Below are positions 1-14,289 of a stretch of 64,000 bases of DNA, piece by piece. Origin of the DNA: an uncultured delta proteobacterium (GTDB lineage Bacteria; Myxococcota; UBA727; VGSZ01); contig CAVZJB010000003.1 of assembly GCA_963775425.1 (NCBI GenBank), positions 352,001 to 416,000 of the forward strand, in the 5' to 3' direction. The notes under the pieces were generated by a model. The model was not told where the DNA came from. It made no database searches and saw only the letters and a program-made list of their open reading frames with translations. A program made the position numbers and the translations under genes. Position 1 is the stretch's first letter. The number at the start of each line of letters is the position of its first letter.

Positions 1-2
1 GG

Positions 3-1022
3 CTCGTCCGCAGCGAGCAGCCCGGCCGCGACGGCTCGGGGGCCGCCGCGCGCCCGCCCGCACGCCCACCGCCCGCGGCGCCGCCGGAGCTCGACGACGA
101 TGACGACGTCGACGGAAAGACCGTCCCCGCCTACGACATCGAGAGCTACGAGCGCGAGCGCGCCGCGCGCGCGGCGGCCAAGGGGCAGCCGCCGCCGGAG
201 CACGAGGACGAGGAGCGCACCACGGCGGGCGAGCCGCCGCCGCTCAAGCCGAAGGGGCGCCCCGACGCGGGCGACGCGCGCGCCGCGGCGCTGCTCGCCA
301 AGGTCGACGCGATGGCCGCCGGCGACGACATCGCCACCAAGACCAGCGCGCCGCTGTACGCGCCGTCGGGGGCGACGGAGGAGCGCTCCCTCGAGGCGCG
401 CGACGGGCCCACGGACCAGCAGCGCGGCAACAGCAACCGAAGCCGGCGCGCGAGCGGGACGTCACCGGAGGTCGAGGCCCTGCAGCCGCGCGAGTCGATG
501 ATCGTCGGCCCCAACGGCCGCATCGACGGCAGCGGCGGCATCCGGCCCGCGCTCCAGGGGCGGCCCTCGGACGGCCCCTCGGACGGCATCGTCGAAGAGA
601 CCTCGGACACCCCGCGGCCCGGCAACCCGCCCGCCGAGCGCACGCCGCACGTCGAGCGCCGCCGCGCGCGCGCGCCCGCTCCGCAGGCGGCCAAGGTCCC
701 GCCGCTGTTCTACGCGGCGCTCGCGGCCATCGTGGGGCTGTTCGTGCTCTCCCTCGTCGGCATCATCGTCATCTTCGTCGCGCTCAAGGGCGGCGACGTC
801 GAGTACGGCGTCGCCGTCGTCAACACGACCCCGGACGGCGCCCACGTGTTCGTCGACGGACAGGACTTCGGCAAGTCGCCCACGCAGGTGTCGGTGCCCA
901 AGGGCGAGAGCTTCTCCCTCCGCGTGTCGCTCGACGGCTACAAGGACTTTGAGAAGGCCGGCATCGACCTCGACGGCAAGGACCTCCTCGAGATGCCGAC
1001 CATCACGCTCGAGAAGAACTGA
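3..1022 (+). CDS. 5'-truncated membrane protein with C-terminal PEGA domain (possibly the C-terminus of a Ser/Thr kinase)
   Basis: Frame is open from the window edge. Low-complexity linker, TM helix (LFYAALAAIVGLFVLSLVGIIVIFVAL), then PEGA-like VNTTPDGAHVFVDG..GKSP..VSLDGY. Confidence 0.75.
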   Translation, partial: LVRSEQPGRDGSGAAARPPARPPPAAPPELDDDDDVDGKTVPAYDIESYERERAARAAAKGQPPPEHEDEERTTAGEPPPLKPKGRPDAGDARAAALLAKVDAMAAGDDIATKTSAPLYAPSGATEERSLEARDGPTDQQRGNSNRSRRASGTSPEVEALQPRESMIVGPNGRIDGSGGIRPALQGRPSDGPSDGIVEETSDTPRPGNPPAERTPHVERRRARAPAPQAAKVPPLFYAALAAIVGLFVLSLVGIIVIFVALKGGDVEYGVAVVNTTPDGAHVFVDGQDFGKSPTQVSVPKGESFSLRVSLDGYKDFEKAGIDLDGKDLLEMPTITLEKN

Positions 1023-1575
1023 GCGGAGGGCGCTCCCTCCGTTCGGCGATCACCGCGTGCGTGTGCGGGCCGACGTCGAGGGCGTTGGCGTCGTCGACGT
1101 CGACCTCCAGCCAGCCCCCGTGCTCCCCGACGTGGACCGGCACGTCGCGCAGCTCGCGCTCGCGATCGCCGCGCACGATGACGCCGGTGTGGGCCCCGTC
1201 GATGAGGCCGGCCTCCTGCGCGTCGTGAGCGCCGAGGGCGAGCCGGCGCAGCCCGAGGTGGACGCCGCCCGCGAGCACCACGGTGCCGTGTGGGCCCTCC
1301 AGGGTGCAGCCGCTGTCGGCGCCGGCGGTGAGGCCGAGGACGCCGGCCTCCCGCGGCAGGAGGCGCACCTCCGTCTGCCGCACAAGCGGGCCCAACACGC
1401 GCACGTGCCGCAACGTGCCCGCGGGGCCGCGCACGTCGACGACGGAGGCCGAGGCGAACGTCCCCGTCGGCGGGAGGGCGCACACGTCGACCAGCGTCGC
1501 GCCGGCGCCGAACAACAGCTCGAGGTGCGCCGCGCTCAAGCGCACGTGTCGCACGGTGACGACGACGGGCATCAT
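1003..1575 (-). CDS. PduL/EutD-like phosphate propanoyltransferase fold protein with degenerate metal motifs
   Basis: RHVRLS..LFG, VRGPAG..VRVLGP.R.QTEV, CTLEGPHG and VDVDDANA follow the PduL pattern. Confidence 0.7.
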   Translation of the reverse strand: MMPVVVTVRHVRLSAAHLELLFGAGATLVDVCALPPTGTFASASVVDVRGPAGTLRHVRVLGPLVRQTEVRLLPREAGVLGLTAGADSGCTLEGPHGTVVLAGGVHLGLRRLALGAHDAQEAGLIDGAHTGVIVRGDRERELRDVPVHVGEHGGWLEVDVDDANALDVGPHTHAVIAERRERPPLSSSRA

Positions 1576-1600
1576 GTGTCGACCCCAGGGACGCGGAGGT

Positions 1601-2626
1601 TCATGACGGGATGAACGAGGCCTGCCGCGAGCGGTCGAACGACGCGGCGAGCTCTTCGGGCGTGACGATGTTGGCGTCGAGGAGCATCACGCACTCCTTG
1701 GCGAGCGACGTGTCGAGGAGGTAGGGGCCGTCGGTGTTGAACGTGAACGGGATCTTGCGCTCGCGGAACTTGTTGACGACGAAGCCGAACTCCTGGAGGT
1801 CCTTCACCGCGCCGGTGGCGAGGTTGGACGACGGGCACAGCTCGAGGACGGCGCCGCTGTCGGCGAGGACGTCGAGCGCCTCCTCGTTGTAGGCGGCGCG
1901 GATGCCGTGGCCGATGCGATGGGGCTTGAGGTAGCGCAGCGTGGCGATGACGCCCTCGCCGGACGTGTACGAGGTCTCCCCGGTGTGCACCGTGGTCTTG
2001 AGGCCGGCCGCCCGCGCTCGCGTGAAGAGCTTCTCGTAGCGCTGCGCGTCGCGGTGGCGCAGCTCGAGGTTGTTGCTCTCGGGGCCGGCGAGGTCGATGC
2101 CGAGGACGCCGCGCGCCTGATACTTGATGGCCTTGTCGAGGATGATCTCGTTGAGCTCGTAGCTGAACTCGCGCGCGAGGCAGAAGATCAGGCAGGCCTT
2201 TACGCCGTACTCGAGCACGGCGAGGTCCATGCCGCGCAGGCAGGCGTGGATGATGTGATCGAGATCGCGCTCCCCGTGGAGGTTGCGCTTCATGGGGTTG
2301 AAGCGGAGCTCGATGTGGTCGACGCGGCTGCCACGGTACTCCTTGCCGATGATCTCGTAGACCGCGCGCTCCATGGCCATGGGCGAGCTCTGGATCTTCT
2401 CGGTCCACTCGTGCATCACCTTCAAATACTCGTCGAGTGACGACGTCGTCCCCGGCCGGATGGTGATGAGGTCGACGAACTCCCAGTAGCTCTTGGTGGG
2501 GAGCTTGAACCCCTGCTGCATCGCGATGCTGTAGAGGATGTGCGGTGCAACCGCACCACCGACGTGGATGTGGAGGTCGACGAGGCTGTCCGGGAGCCGG
2601 GGATCGAGGCCGTCGCGAGTGCCCAT
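1601..2626 (-). CDS. add: Adenosine deaminase family protein
   Basis: DLHIHVGG, ELRFNP, GIDLAGPE, TVHTGE, RIGHG, ELCPSSN and FNTDGP motifs. Confidence 0.9.
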   Translation of the reverse strand: MGTRDGLDPRLPDSLVDLHIHVGGAVAPHILYSIAMQQGFKLPTKSYWEFVDLITIRPGTTSSLDEYLKVMHEWTEKIQSSPMAMERAVYEIIGKEYRGSRVDHIELRFNPMKRNLHGERDLDHIIHACLRGMDLAVLEYGVKACLIFCLAREFSYELNEIILDKAIKYQARGVLGIDLAGPESNNLELRHRDAQRYEKLFTRARAAGLKTTVHTGETSYTSGEGVIATLRYLKPHRIGHGIRAAYNEEALDVLADSGAVLELCPSSNLATGAVKDLQEFGFVVNKFRERKIPFTFNTDGPYLLDTSLAKECVMLLDANIVTPEELAASFDRSRQASFIPS

Positions 2627-2655
2627 GGTGGCGGAGAGTAGCTACAATGTGGCTC

Positions 2656-3987
2656 ATGGGCGAGCCACGGCGTCGCGATACCCGGCCACGGCCGCGCATC
2701 GGAGTGCGCTCGCCGCCGCCGGGCACAGCCCGCTACGGCGGCTTCGCGGTGGGACTGCTGGTCGCGATCGCCGTGCACGCGATCTTCCTCACGTTCCTCG
2801 GGGCCTTCATCGGCGGCGGCGGCGGGCAAAAGCACAAGCACGGGGTGCAGCTCGTCCGGCTGTCCCGATCGGACTGGGACAAGAACCGCCGCATCGAGCT
2901 GAAGATCAAAGACGCCCGCCCAGCCGGCGACAAGGACAAGAAGAAGGACAAGAAGGACGACGACGTCACGCCGCCCGGCAAGGTGGTGTCGCTGCCGCCG
3001 CCCGACAAGGAGGAGCGCCCCGACACCGCCGACTTCGCGTCGGAGTGGAACCAGAAGGTGGCGCACGAGACGCGCTCGCGCGACCAGATGCAGGACGCGC
3101 CGGCCATCACCCGGCGCCTGGAGCGGGGCGCGCTCGGCGCGAGCGAGCTGCCGCGCAGCAAGGCGGACACCACGTCGTCGGCGCCGACGGAGAGCGAGGC
3201 GTCCGGGCCGAAGGGCGCGGGGCGCGCGCTGACCGGCGACTCCGGCACCGACGCCACCGACGGCCGCGGCGTGCGCATGTTCGCCCTCGAGATTCCCAAG
3301 CAGGCCGCGCGCGAGCCGCTTCAGCTCAAGATGGACATCGGGGGCGTCCTGAAGAACCGCTCCGCGATCCCCGAGGTGCCGGGCAACGGCGACACCGCGC
3401 GTCTGGCCATGGGCAACCGCCCCGCCGACGAGGCCCACCGCACGGGCTCGGGTAGCGTGGGTGACGAGGCGGGGCAGGGGCTCCAGGGCGGCGGCAACGG
3501 CACCCACGGGCTGCCGAGCCTCGCGGACCTCACGCCGTCCACCACGCACCTCGCGCGCCTCGCGGGCGCCCCCGCCAACGACTGGCTCCCCGAGGTGGAG
3601 GTCGACGCCGAGACGCGCTTGAACGCGTGGCGCTGGAAGCACGCCACGTTCTTCAACCGCGTCGCGGACAAGATCCGCCGCGAGTGGCAGGGCGGCCAGG
3701 TCCTGTCCAAGAACGATCCCGCGGGCTCCGTCTACGGCTTCGAGGACCGCATGACGGTGGTGCAGGTGACGCTCGATCGCGACGGCAAGGTCCTCGACAT
3801 CAACGTCGAGGAGCCGTCGGGCGCGGTGGTCCTCGACGACGAAGCCGTGCGCGCGTTCAAGGACGCGGGACCATTTCAGAACCCGCCGTCACAGTTGTTT
3901 GAGGGCAACGACCGCTTCACGTTCCTGTTCGGCTTCAACGTTTCGTACAACCGAACCAATTTCGACCTCGACTGGCGCCCGAACTAG
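2656..3987 (+). CDS. TonB/TolA-like energy transducer with C-terminal TonB domain
   Basis: N-terminal TM with His (IAVHAIFL), charged linker, C-terminal PSG..VLDDEAVRAFKDAGPF.NPP. Start uncertain (2647 or 2656). Confidence 0.8.
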   Translation: MGEPRRRDTRPRPRIGVRSPPPGTARYGGFAVGLLVAIAVHAIFLTFLGAFIGGGGGQKHKHGVQLVRLSRSDWDKNRRIELKIKDARPAGDKDKKKDKKDDDVTPPGKVVSLPPPDKEERPDTADFASEWNQKVAHETRSRDQMQDAPAITRRLERGALGASELPRSKADTTSSAPTESEASGPKGAGRALTGDSGTDATDGRGVRMFALEIPKQAAREPLQLKMDIGGVLKNRSAIPEVPGNGDTARLAMGNRPADEAHRTGSGSVGDEAGQGLQGGGNGTHGLPSLADLTPSTTHLARLAGAPANDWLPEVEVDAETRLNAWRWKHATFFNRVADKIRREWQGGQVLSKNDPAGSVYGFEDRMTVVQVTLDRDGKVLDINVEEPSGAVVLDDEAVRAFKDAGPFQNPPSQLFEGNDRFTFLFGFNVSYNRTNFDLDWRPN

Positions 3988-5378
3988 AGCGTCCCGCTCA
4001 AGTGGACGTGGCCGTAGTCGCGCACCTGCCCGGCGAGCGCGATGTCTTCGCTCCAGGCGCCGATGCCGGCCTGGCCCGAGGCCTCGATGTCGAACGCGCC
4101 GGTCTCGCCCGGGCCGATGGTGAACGGCGCGATCTCCGGATAGGTGACGTCCACGCGGGCGTCGTCGGCGACCGTGTTCACGAACGCGATGGCGACGGGC
4201 ACGTTGCTCGGGTTGTGCAGGAGCAGCGTGCGCGGGCGCGGGTCGTCGGCGCTGAACGTCGTGCACCGGGCGAGCTGCACGGCGCCGGGCGTGCAGTCTC
4301 CGTTGAGGACCACCTCGAGCGCGGGATCGTCGTAGTCGGCGCTGACGTCGAGGGGGGTCGGTGGGTTGATGGGCGCCACGACGGTGAGCTGCCCCTGCTG
4401 GTGGCTCACGGTGGCGAAGGGGCCGGCCCCGATGGTGATGGCCACCGTCTCACGCGCAGCGAGGTCCGTGCCCCCTTTTCCTTCGGGGAAGCCGAACCCC
4501 CTCGCCGGCGGCAGGGTCTCGTCGGCCACGGTGTACGTGACGTCGCTGAGGTTGCGCAGCGCGACGGTGCAGGTGGCGCCCTCGACCCGGTCAACGCCGC
4601 CGAACGACGCGCACCCGTCGTCGGACACGAGCACCATCGCCGGATCGGCGGTGAGCGCGTCGGCGCGGAGGGTGATGTCTCGCGTGCGCGCCCCCGACAC
4701 CACGATGCGGTCCTGGCCGCCGCCGCCGTTGCTGGGCATGGTGGCCCGCGCGGAGAAGCTGAGGGCCCCGCCGGGCGCGACGGTGGTCGGCACGGCGTCG
4801 GGGGAGACGACGGAGAACCCGCCGCCGGGGACGCGGATCTGAACGACATCGATGTCGAGGGAGGTGAAGTTGTTGAGGGTGAAGTCGCACGTGGCGCTGT
4901 TGGTGCCCGCGCCCTTCGGGGTGAACACCACCATCGAGGTGACCTTCTGGCAGACGCTGGTGGTGCTGACGACGAGGGTGAGGTCGTTGGGATCCCCGTG
5001 CAGGTGCACGCCCCGCGCAGGGAGACCGCCCTCTCCCTCTCCTTCGCCCTCTCCCTCTCCTTCTCCTTCGCCCTCTCCTTCGCCCTCGCCCTCGCCCTCG
5101 CCCTCTCCTTCGCCCTCTCCTTCGCCCTCGCCTTCGCCTTCGCCCTCTCCTTCGCCTTCGCCTTCGCCTTCGCCTTCGCCTTCGCCTTCTCCCTCTCCTT
5201 CGCCCTCGCCCTCGCCTTCGCCGCCGCGGGCGGGGCGGCAGATGCCGTCCGCCTCGCAGCGATCGGTGGCGGCGCAGTCGCTGTCGACGGCGCAGGGCTC
5301 GTCGGCGATGCCGAGGATGCGGCACCCGGCGGCAGCGAGGACGACGGCGAGAGCGAGCGAGAGGGACACCACGCGCAT
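3984..5378 (-). CDS. (GE)n-repeat lipoprotein with Cys-rich N-terminal motif and Ig-like (ASH/choice-of-anchor D-like) repeats
   Basis: Lipobox LAAAGC, Cys motif (CAVDSDC..C..DGIC), about 32 GE units, then beta-rich repeats (LRNLS/LHNPS..PFTIGPGE). Start reassigned to ATG 5378. Confidence 0.75.
   Translation of the reverse strand: MRVVSLSLALAVVLAAAGCRILGIADEPCAVDSDCAATDRCEADGICRPARGGEGEGEGEGEGEGEGEGEGEGEGEGEGEGEGEGEGEGEGEGEGEGEGEGEGEGEGEGEGEGEGEGGLPARGVHLHGDPNDLTLVVSTTSVCQKVTSMVVFTPKGAGTNSATCDFTLNNFTSLDIDVVQIRVPGGGFSVVSPDAVPTTVAPGGALSFSARATMPSNGGGGQDRIVVSGARTRDITLRADALTADPAMVLVSDDGCASFGGVDRVEGATCTVALRNLSDVTYTVADETLPPARGFGFPEGKGGTDLAARETVAITIGAGPFATVSHQQGQLTVVAPINPPTPLDVSADYDDPALEVVLNGDCTPGAVQLARCTTFSADDPRPRTLLLHNPSNVPVAIAFVNTVADDARVDVTYPEIAPFTIGPGETGAFDIEASGQAGIGAWSEDIALAGQVRDYGHVHLSGTL
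5031..5222. repeat. Coding hexamer repeat encoding (GE)~32, codon-degenerate
   Basis: Alternating ctc/ttc and tcc/gcc triplets on the + strand. Confidence 0.95.
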
Positions 5379-5380
5379 GG

Positions 5381-6391
5381 TCAGCCTCCGAGGTCCAGGG
5401 CGAGCACCGTGCCGCCCACGGCGAGGCCGAGGACACCGACGGCCGCGCCGCCGAGGAGCGCCATGCCGACGTTGCGCAGCGGCGTGTCGTCGCCGGGTGT
5501 GGGGTGCTCGAGCTGCACCTCGACGGCGCCGGCGGCGATGCCGCACGCGGCGGCGAGGATCCCGCCGACCGCCGCGGTGCCGATGCCGGCGTAGAGCACG
5601 ACGGGGCTGTGCGCCGTCGTCGGCGTCGTCGTCGCCGGCGCCGTCGCTGGCGTCGTCGTCGTCGTCGGCGGCGTCGTCGTCGGCGTCGCCGCGGCAGGGT
5701 GGTTTTCGGCGACGCGGGGGAGCTCTGGCGGCCTCATCGCGATGGCGACGGCGCTGCGGGCGTGGGGCTCGGCGTCGATGGAGGTCTCGCTCGCCGCGTA
5801 TCCCGCGAGGGACGCGCTGACGGTGTGGGTGCCGGAGTCGACCGCCATCGGGCCGCGGAGCGGCGCGGCGCCGGCGGTGACGCCGTCGACGGCGACGGTG
5901 GCGCCGGCGATGTCGACGCGGATGGTGAGGAGCGCGGGTGGCGCGAGGACGCGATCGACGAGCGCGCGCACGGAGCGTCCGCCGTCGCCCTGGGGCGTCT
6001 CGACGCGAGCCACGCCGTAGGCGGCGACCTTCTTGGCGGCGACGTCGACGTCGGTGAGCGTCAACAGCAGCGCGCCGCCGGCCGACTCGGTGGACGCGAC
6101 GATGACGCGCTCGGCGCCGGCGATGGCGCCGATGCGCGCGGCGCAGCCGACGTCGGCGAGGTTGCATTGCAGGCCGCCCGCGGCGGCGTCGTTGATGACC
6201 GCTCGCGTGGCCTCGCGCGGCTGCGCCGTGACCCCGCGGGCGGCGACGGCGGCGCGGACGCCGTCCTCGAGGTCGTTGGCGATGGGCAGCAGCAGGCCGG
6301 GGCCCGTGACCGGCAGCACCACCGTCGACGCCGCGGACGGCCCTGCGAGCGCAAGGGCGGCGAGGACCGGAAGACAGATCGATGCATGCAT
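5381..6391 (-). CDS. PEGA-domain secreted/membrane protein
   Basis: Signal peptide, PEGA-like GATVAVDG..G.APL..GTHTVSASLAGY, Thr-rich linker, two C-terminal hydrophobic helices. Confidence 0.75.
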   Translation of the reverse strand: MHASICLPVLAALALAGPSAASTVVLPVTGPGLLLPIANDLEDGVRAAVAARGVTAQPREATRAVINDAAAGGLQCNLADVGCAARIGAIAGAERVIVASTESAGGALLLTLTDVDVAAKKVAAYGVARVETPQGDGGRSVRALVDRVLAPPALLTIRVDIAGATVAVDGVTAGAAPLRGPMAVDSGTHTVSASLAGYAASETSIDAEPHARSAVAIAMRPPELPRVAENHPAAATPTTTPPTTTTTPATAPATTTPTTAHSPVVLYAGIGTAAVGGILAAACGIAAGAVEVQLEHPTPGDDTPLRNVGMALLGGAAVGVLGLAVGGTVLALDLGG

Positions 6392-6433
6392 TCGCCGACG
6401 GTGGAGACCGGATCATATAGTGCCACAAAGCCG

Positions 6434-11098
<4,665 letters not shown>

Positions 11099-11105
11099 GT
11101 CTGAC

Positions 11106-11498
11106 TCACTTGGCGATGGTGGAGAGGTGCTTTTCGTAGCCGGCCGCGTCGAGCAGCGTATCGACGTCGGCGGCGTTGTGCGGCTTGACCTTGATCATCC
11201 ACGCCGCCCCGTAGGGATCCTTGTTCACCTGCTCGGGGGCGGCCACGAGCGCCGCGTTCACTTCGACGACGTCGGCGTCGAGCGGCGCGTAGAGATCGCT
11301 GACGGCCTTGACGCTCTCGACGACGCCGAAGGCCTTGCCCTTGGTGAGCTTCTTGCCGGCGTCGGGGAGCTCGACGAACACCACGTCGCCCAGCGCGGCC
11401 TGCGCGTGGTCGGTGACCCCGATGACGACGAGGTCGCCGTCCTTCTTGGCCCACTCGTGCTCCTCGGTGTAGCGGAGGTCCGCGGGAACGTTGCTCAT
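11106..11498 (-). CDS. gcvH: Glycine cleavage system H protein
   Basis: YTEEHEW, lipoyl motif [17 protein letters not shown]. Confidence 0.97.
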   Translation of the reverse strand: MSNVPADLRYTEEHEWAKKDGDLVVIGVTDHAQAALGDVVFVELPDAGKKLTKGKAFGVVESVKAVSDLYAPLDADVVEVNAALVAAPEQVNKDPYGAAWMIKVKPHNAADVDTLLDAAGYEKHLSTIAK

Positions 11499-11510
11499 CG
11501 AATCACTCCT

Positions 11511-12689
11511 TCACGGCTTCGGCGCGCCGACGGGCGGCTTGGTCCCGGCGGCGGCGCGCTTGTAGAACGGCAGCTTCACGACGCGAGCGGCGAGCTTCCG
11601 GCCGCGCACGTCGACGAAGACGGTGCCGCCGGGCTCGGTGTGCGGCTTGTCGATGTAGGCCATCGCCACCGCCTTCTGCAGAAACGGCGCCTGCGTCCCC
11701 GACGTCACCACGCCGATCGGCGCGGCGTCGGCGCCGTCGCCGGCGGTGACGGGGTAGCCGTGGCGCGCGATGCCCCGATCGATCATCTCGATCCCGCGCA
11801 GCAGGCGCCTGGTGCCGGCCGCGCGTTGGGCGTCGAGGGCCTCCTTGCCGATGAAGGCCTTGCCCTTGACGATGAAGCCGAGGTTGGCCTCGAGCGGCGT
11901 GTGCGCGTCGTCGATGTCGTTGCCGTAGAGGCACATGCCGGCCTCGAGGCGGAGGGTGTCCCGGCAGGCGAGGCCGCACGGGGCGACGCCGAAGTCCTTG
12001 CCCGCGGCGAGCACGGCGTCCCACACCATGGGCGCGTTGTTCGCCTCGACGTAGAGCTCGAAGCCGTCCTCGCCGGTGTAGCCCGTGCGGGCGACGAGGG
12101 CGTTTTGGACGACGCCCTGGTTGGTGCGCACGGAGCCGGTGGTGAAGTGGTAGCCGCCGACGGCGCGGACGTCGTCGCCGCAGAGGCGGGCGACGACGTC
12201 GACGGCCTTGGGCCCCTGGACCGCGAGCTGCGCCCAGCCCTCGCCCTCGTCGCGCGCCGTGACGCCGCCCTCGCCGGCGAGGCCGCCGAATTCGGCGCGG
12301 AGCACGCCCTCGACGTGCGCCCAGTCCTTGGCTCGGTTGCCGGCGTTGACCACGACGAGGTAGCGGCGCTCGTTGAAGCGGTAGACGACCACGTCGTCGA
12401 CGAAGGTGCCGTTCGGGTGGAGCATGCCCGCGTACATGGCCTGGCCGTCGGCGATGGCGCGCGGGTCGTTGGTGAAGAGGCGGGCGACGGCGTCGAGCGC
12501 CTTGTCGCCCTCGATGAAGATCTCGCCCATGTGGCTGACGTCGAACACGCCGACGGCGTTGCGCACGGCGAGGTGCTCGGCGCTCTCGGACGTGTACTTG
12601 AGCGGCATCTCGAAGCCGCCGAAGTCGACCATCTTGGCGCCGGCCTCGACGTGCTTTTGGTACAGCGGGGTGCGCTTGAGCGTGCTCAT
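11511..12689 (-). CDS. gcvT: Glycine cleavage system aminomethyltransferase T
   Basis: [37 protein letters not shown] overlaps the folD stop. Confidence 0.97.
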   Translation of the reverse strand: MSTLKRTPLYQKHVEAGAKMVDFGGFEMPLKYTSESAEHLAVRNAVGVFDVSHMGEIFIEGDKALDAVARLFTNDPRAIADGQAMYAGMLHPNGTFVDDVVVYRFNERRYLVVVNAGNRAKDWAHVEGVLRAEFGGLAGEGGVTARDEGEGWAQLAVQGPKAVDVVARLCGDDVRAVGGYHFTTGSVRTNQGVVQNALVARTGYTGEDGFELYVEANNAPMVWDAVLAAGKDFGVAPCGLACRDTLRLEAGMCLYGNDIDDAHTPLEANLGFIVKGKAFIGKEALDAQRAAGTRRLLRGIEMIDRGIARHGYPVTAGDGADAAPIGVVTSGTQAPFLQKAVAMAYIDKPHTEPGGTVFVDVRGRKLAARVVKLPFYKRAAAGTKPPVGAPKP

Positions 12690-13537
12690 GTCCGCCTCGC
12701 GTGCGACGTCAGCGTGTTCTGCATGAGCATGGCGATGGTCATCGGGCCCACGCCGCCGGGGACGGGCGTGATGAAGCCGGCCACCTCGGACACCGCGGGA
12801 AAGTCGACGTCGCCGCAGAGCTTGCCGGCGTCGTTGCGGTTCATGCCCACGTCGATGACGACGGCGCCGGGCTTGACGTGCTCGCGCCCGACGACGTTCC
12901 TGCGGCCGACGGCGGCGACGATGACGTCGGCGTCCCGGGTGACGGCCGCGAGGTCCTTGGTCTTGCTGTGGGCCACGGTGACGGTGGCGTCGCGCTGCAG
13001 GAGCAGTTGCAGCATGGGCTTGCCCACGATGTTGCTGCGGCCGATGACGACGGCGCGCGCGCCTCTGAGCTCGACGCCGTGCTCGTCGAGGAGCCGCATG
13101 CAGCCGAGGGGCGTGCAAGGCACGAAGCCGGGGATGCCGAGGGCGAGGCGGGCGACGTTGTCCGGGTGGAAGCCGTCGACGTCCTTGTCGGGGTCGATGG
13201 CGCGCAGGACGAGCGTGGCGTCGATGTGCTTGGGGAGCGGGAGCTGCACCAGGATGCCGTCGACGGTGGGGTCGGCGTTCAGCGACGCCACCAGGGCGAG
13301 CAGCTCCTTGTCGGAGGTCGACGCGGGCAGCTCGTGGTGCAGGCTCACGATGCCGGTCTCGGCGGCGGCCTTGCGCTTGTTCTTGACGTAGGTGTGGCTG
13401 GCGGGGTCTTCGCCGACGAGGACGGTGGCGAGGCCGGGGGCCCGCTTGCCGGCGGCCACGCGGCGTGCGACCTCGTCCTTCACCTCGCCGCGCACCTTCG
13501 CGGAGATCGCTTTGCCGTCGATGATGGTGGCGCTCAT
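12686..13537 (-). CDS. folD: Bifunctional methylene-THF dehydrogenase/cyclohydrolase
   Basis: [44 protein letters not shown]. Confidence 0.97.
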   Translation of the reverse strand: MSATIIDGKAISAKVRGEVKDEVARRVAAGKRAPGLATVLVGEDPASHTYVKNKRKAAAETGIVSLHHELPASTSDKELLALVASLNADPTVDGILVQLPLPKHIDATLVLRAIDPDKDVDGFHPDNVARLALGIPGFVPCTPLGCMRLLDEHGVELRGARAVVIGRSNIVGKPMLQLLLQRDATVTVAHSKTKDLAAVTRDADVIVAAVGRRNVVGREHVKPGAVVIDVGMNRNDAGKLCGDVDFPAVSEVAGFITPVPGGVGPMTIAMLMQNTLTSHARRT

Positions 13538-13631
13538 GGCGCCGTCGATGACGCGTGGACGGCACGAACGCAAGGGGCGACGGGGCGCTTGATGCGCCGG
13601 CCTCGCTGAGCGGCGGCGGAGCGGAGGCTAC

Positions 13632-14288
13632 GTGGACGTCCTCGAGGCGATGCGCAAGCGGAACAGCACCCGGGAGTTCAAGCCGGACCCCGTCGACGAG
13701 GCGACGCTGCGCGCCATCCTCGACGCGGCGCGTGAGGCGCCGTCGTGGTCGAACACGCAGCCCTATCTGGTGGCCATGGCGGGCGGCGCGCGCTGCGACG
13801 CCCTGCGCGCCGACATGCTCGCGGCCTACGACACCGCGGTGCCCGACGGCGACTACCCGCTCCTCGTCGAGTACCCGTCGCCGCTCAGGGAGCGCCGCCA
13901 CGCCACCGGTTACGGCCTGTACGCGGCGCTCGGCATCGCCCGCGAGGACAGGGCGGCCCGGGCGGAGCAGTTCAGGAAGAACTTCTCCTTCTTCGGCGCG
14001 CCCGCGGTGATGTTCCTGTTCGCACACGACGCGCTCGGCGTGTACTCGGTGCTCGACGCCGGGCTGTTCCTCGAGGCGCTCTTGCTCGCGGCCACCGCCG
14101 TCGGCGTGAGCACGTGCGCGCAGGCCGCGCTGGCCGGGTTCCCCGACGTCGTGCGCCGCCACTTCCGGGTGCCCGAGCGGTACAAGCTCCTGTGCGGCGT
14201 GTCCCTCGGCTACGCCGTCGAGGGCCGCGTCAACGCCTATCGGCCCGAGCGCCTGTCCGTCGACGAGCTCTTGATCGAGCCGAAGTGA
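13632..14288 (+). CDS. Nitroreductase family protein
   Basis: RNSTREF, APSWSNTQP, FFGAP, D.G.F, LGY motifs. Confidence 0.9.
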   Translation: MDVLEAMRKRNSTREFKPDPVDEATLRAILDAAREAPSWSNTQPYLVAMAGGARCDALRADMLAAYDTAVPDGDYPLLVEYPSPLRERRHATGYGLYAALGIAREDRAARAEQFRKNFSFFGAPAVMFLFAHDALGVYSVLDAGLFLEALLLAATAVGVSTCAQAALAGFPDVVRRHFRVPERYKLLCGVSLGYAVEGRVNAYRPERLSVDELLIEPK

Positions 14289-14289
14289 G

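Noticed and set aside
5031-5222. CRISPR-like or non-coding repeat array
   Set aside because: Contiguous hexamers without spacers, in frame within a lipoprotein as (GE)n. No cas genes.
13538-13631. Glycine riboswitch upstream of folD-gcvTHP
   Set aside because: Only ~94 bp of divergent intergenic space, and no recognisable aptamer motifs (GGAGA...CAGG...CTCTCAGG).
13632-14288. Nitroreductase as an azoline dehydrogenase of the RiPP cluster
   Set aside because: It is on the opposite (convergent) strand, there is no YcaO gene, and it resembles a generic stand-alone nitroreductase.
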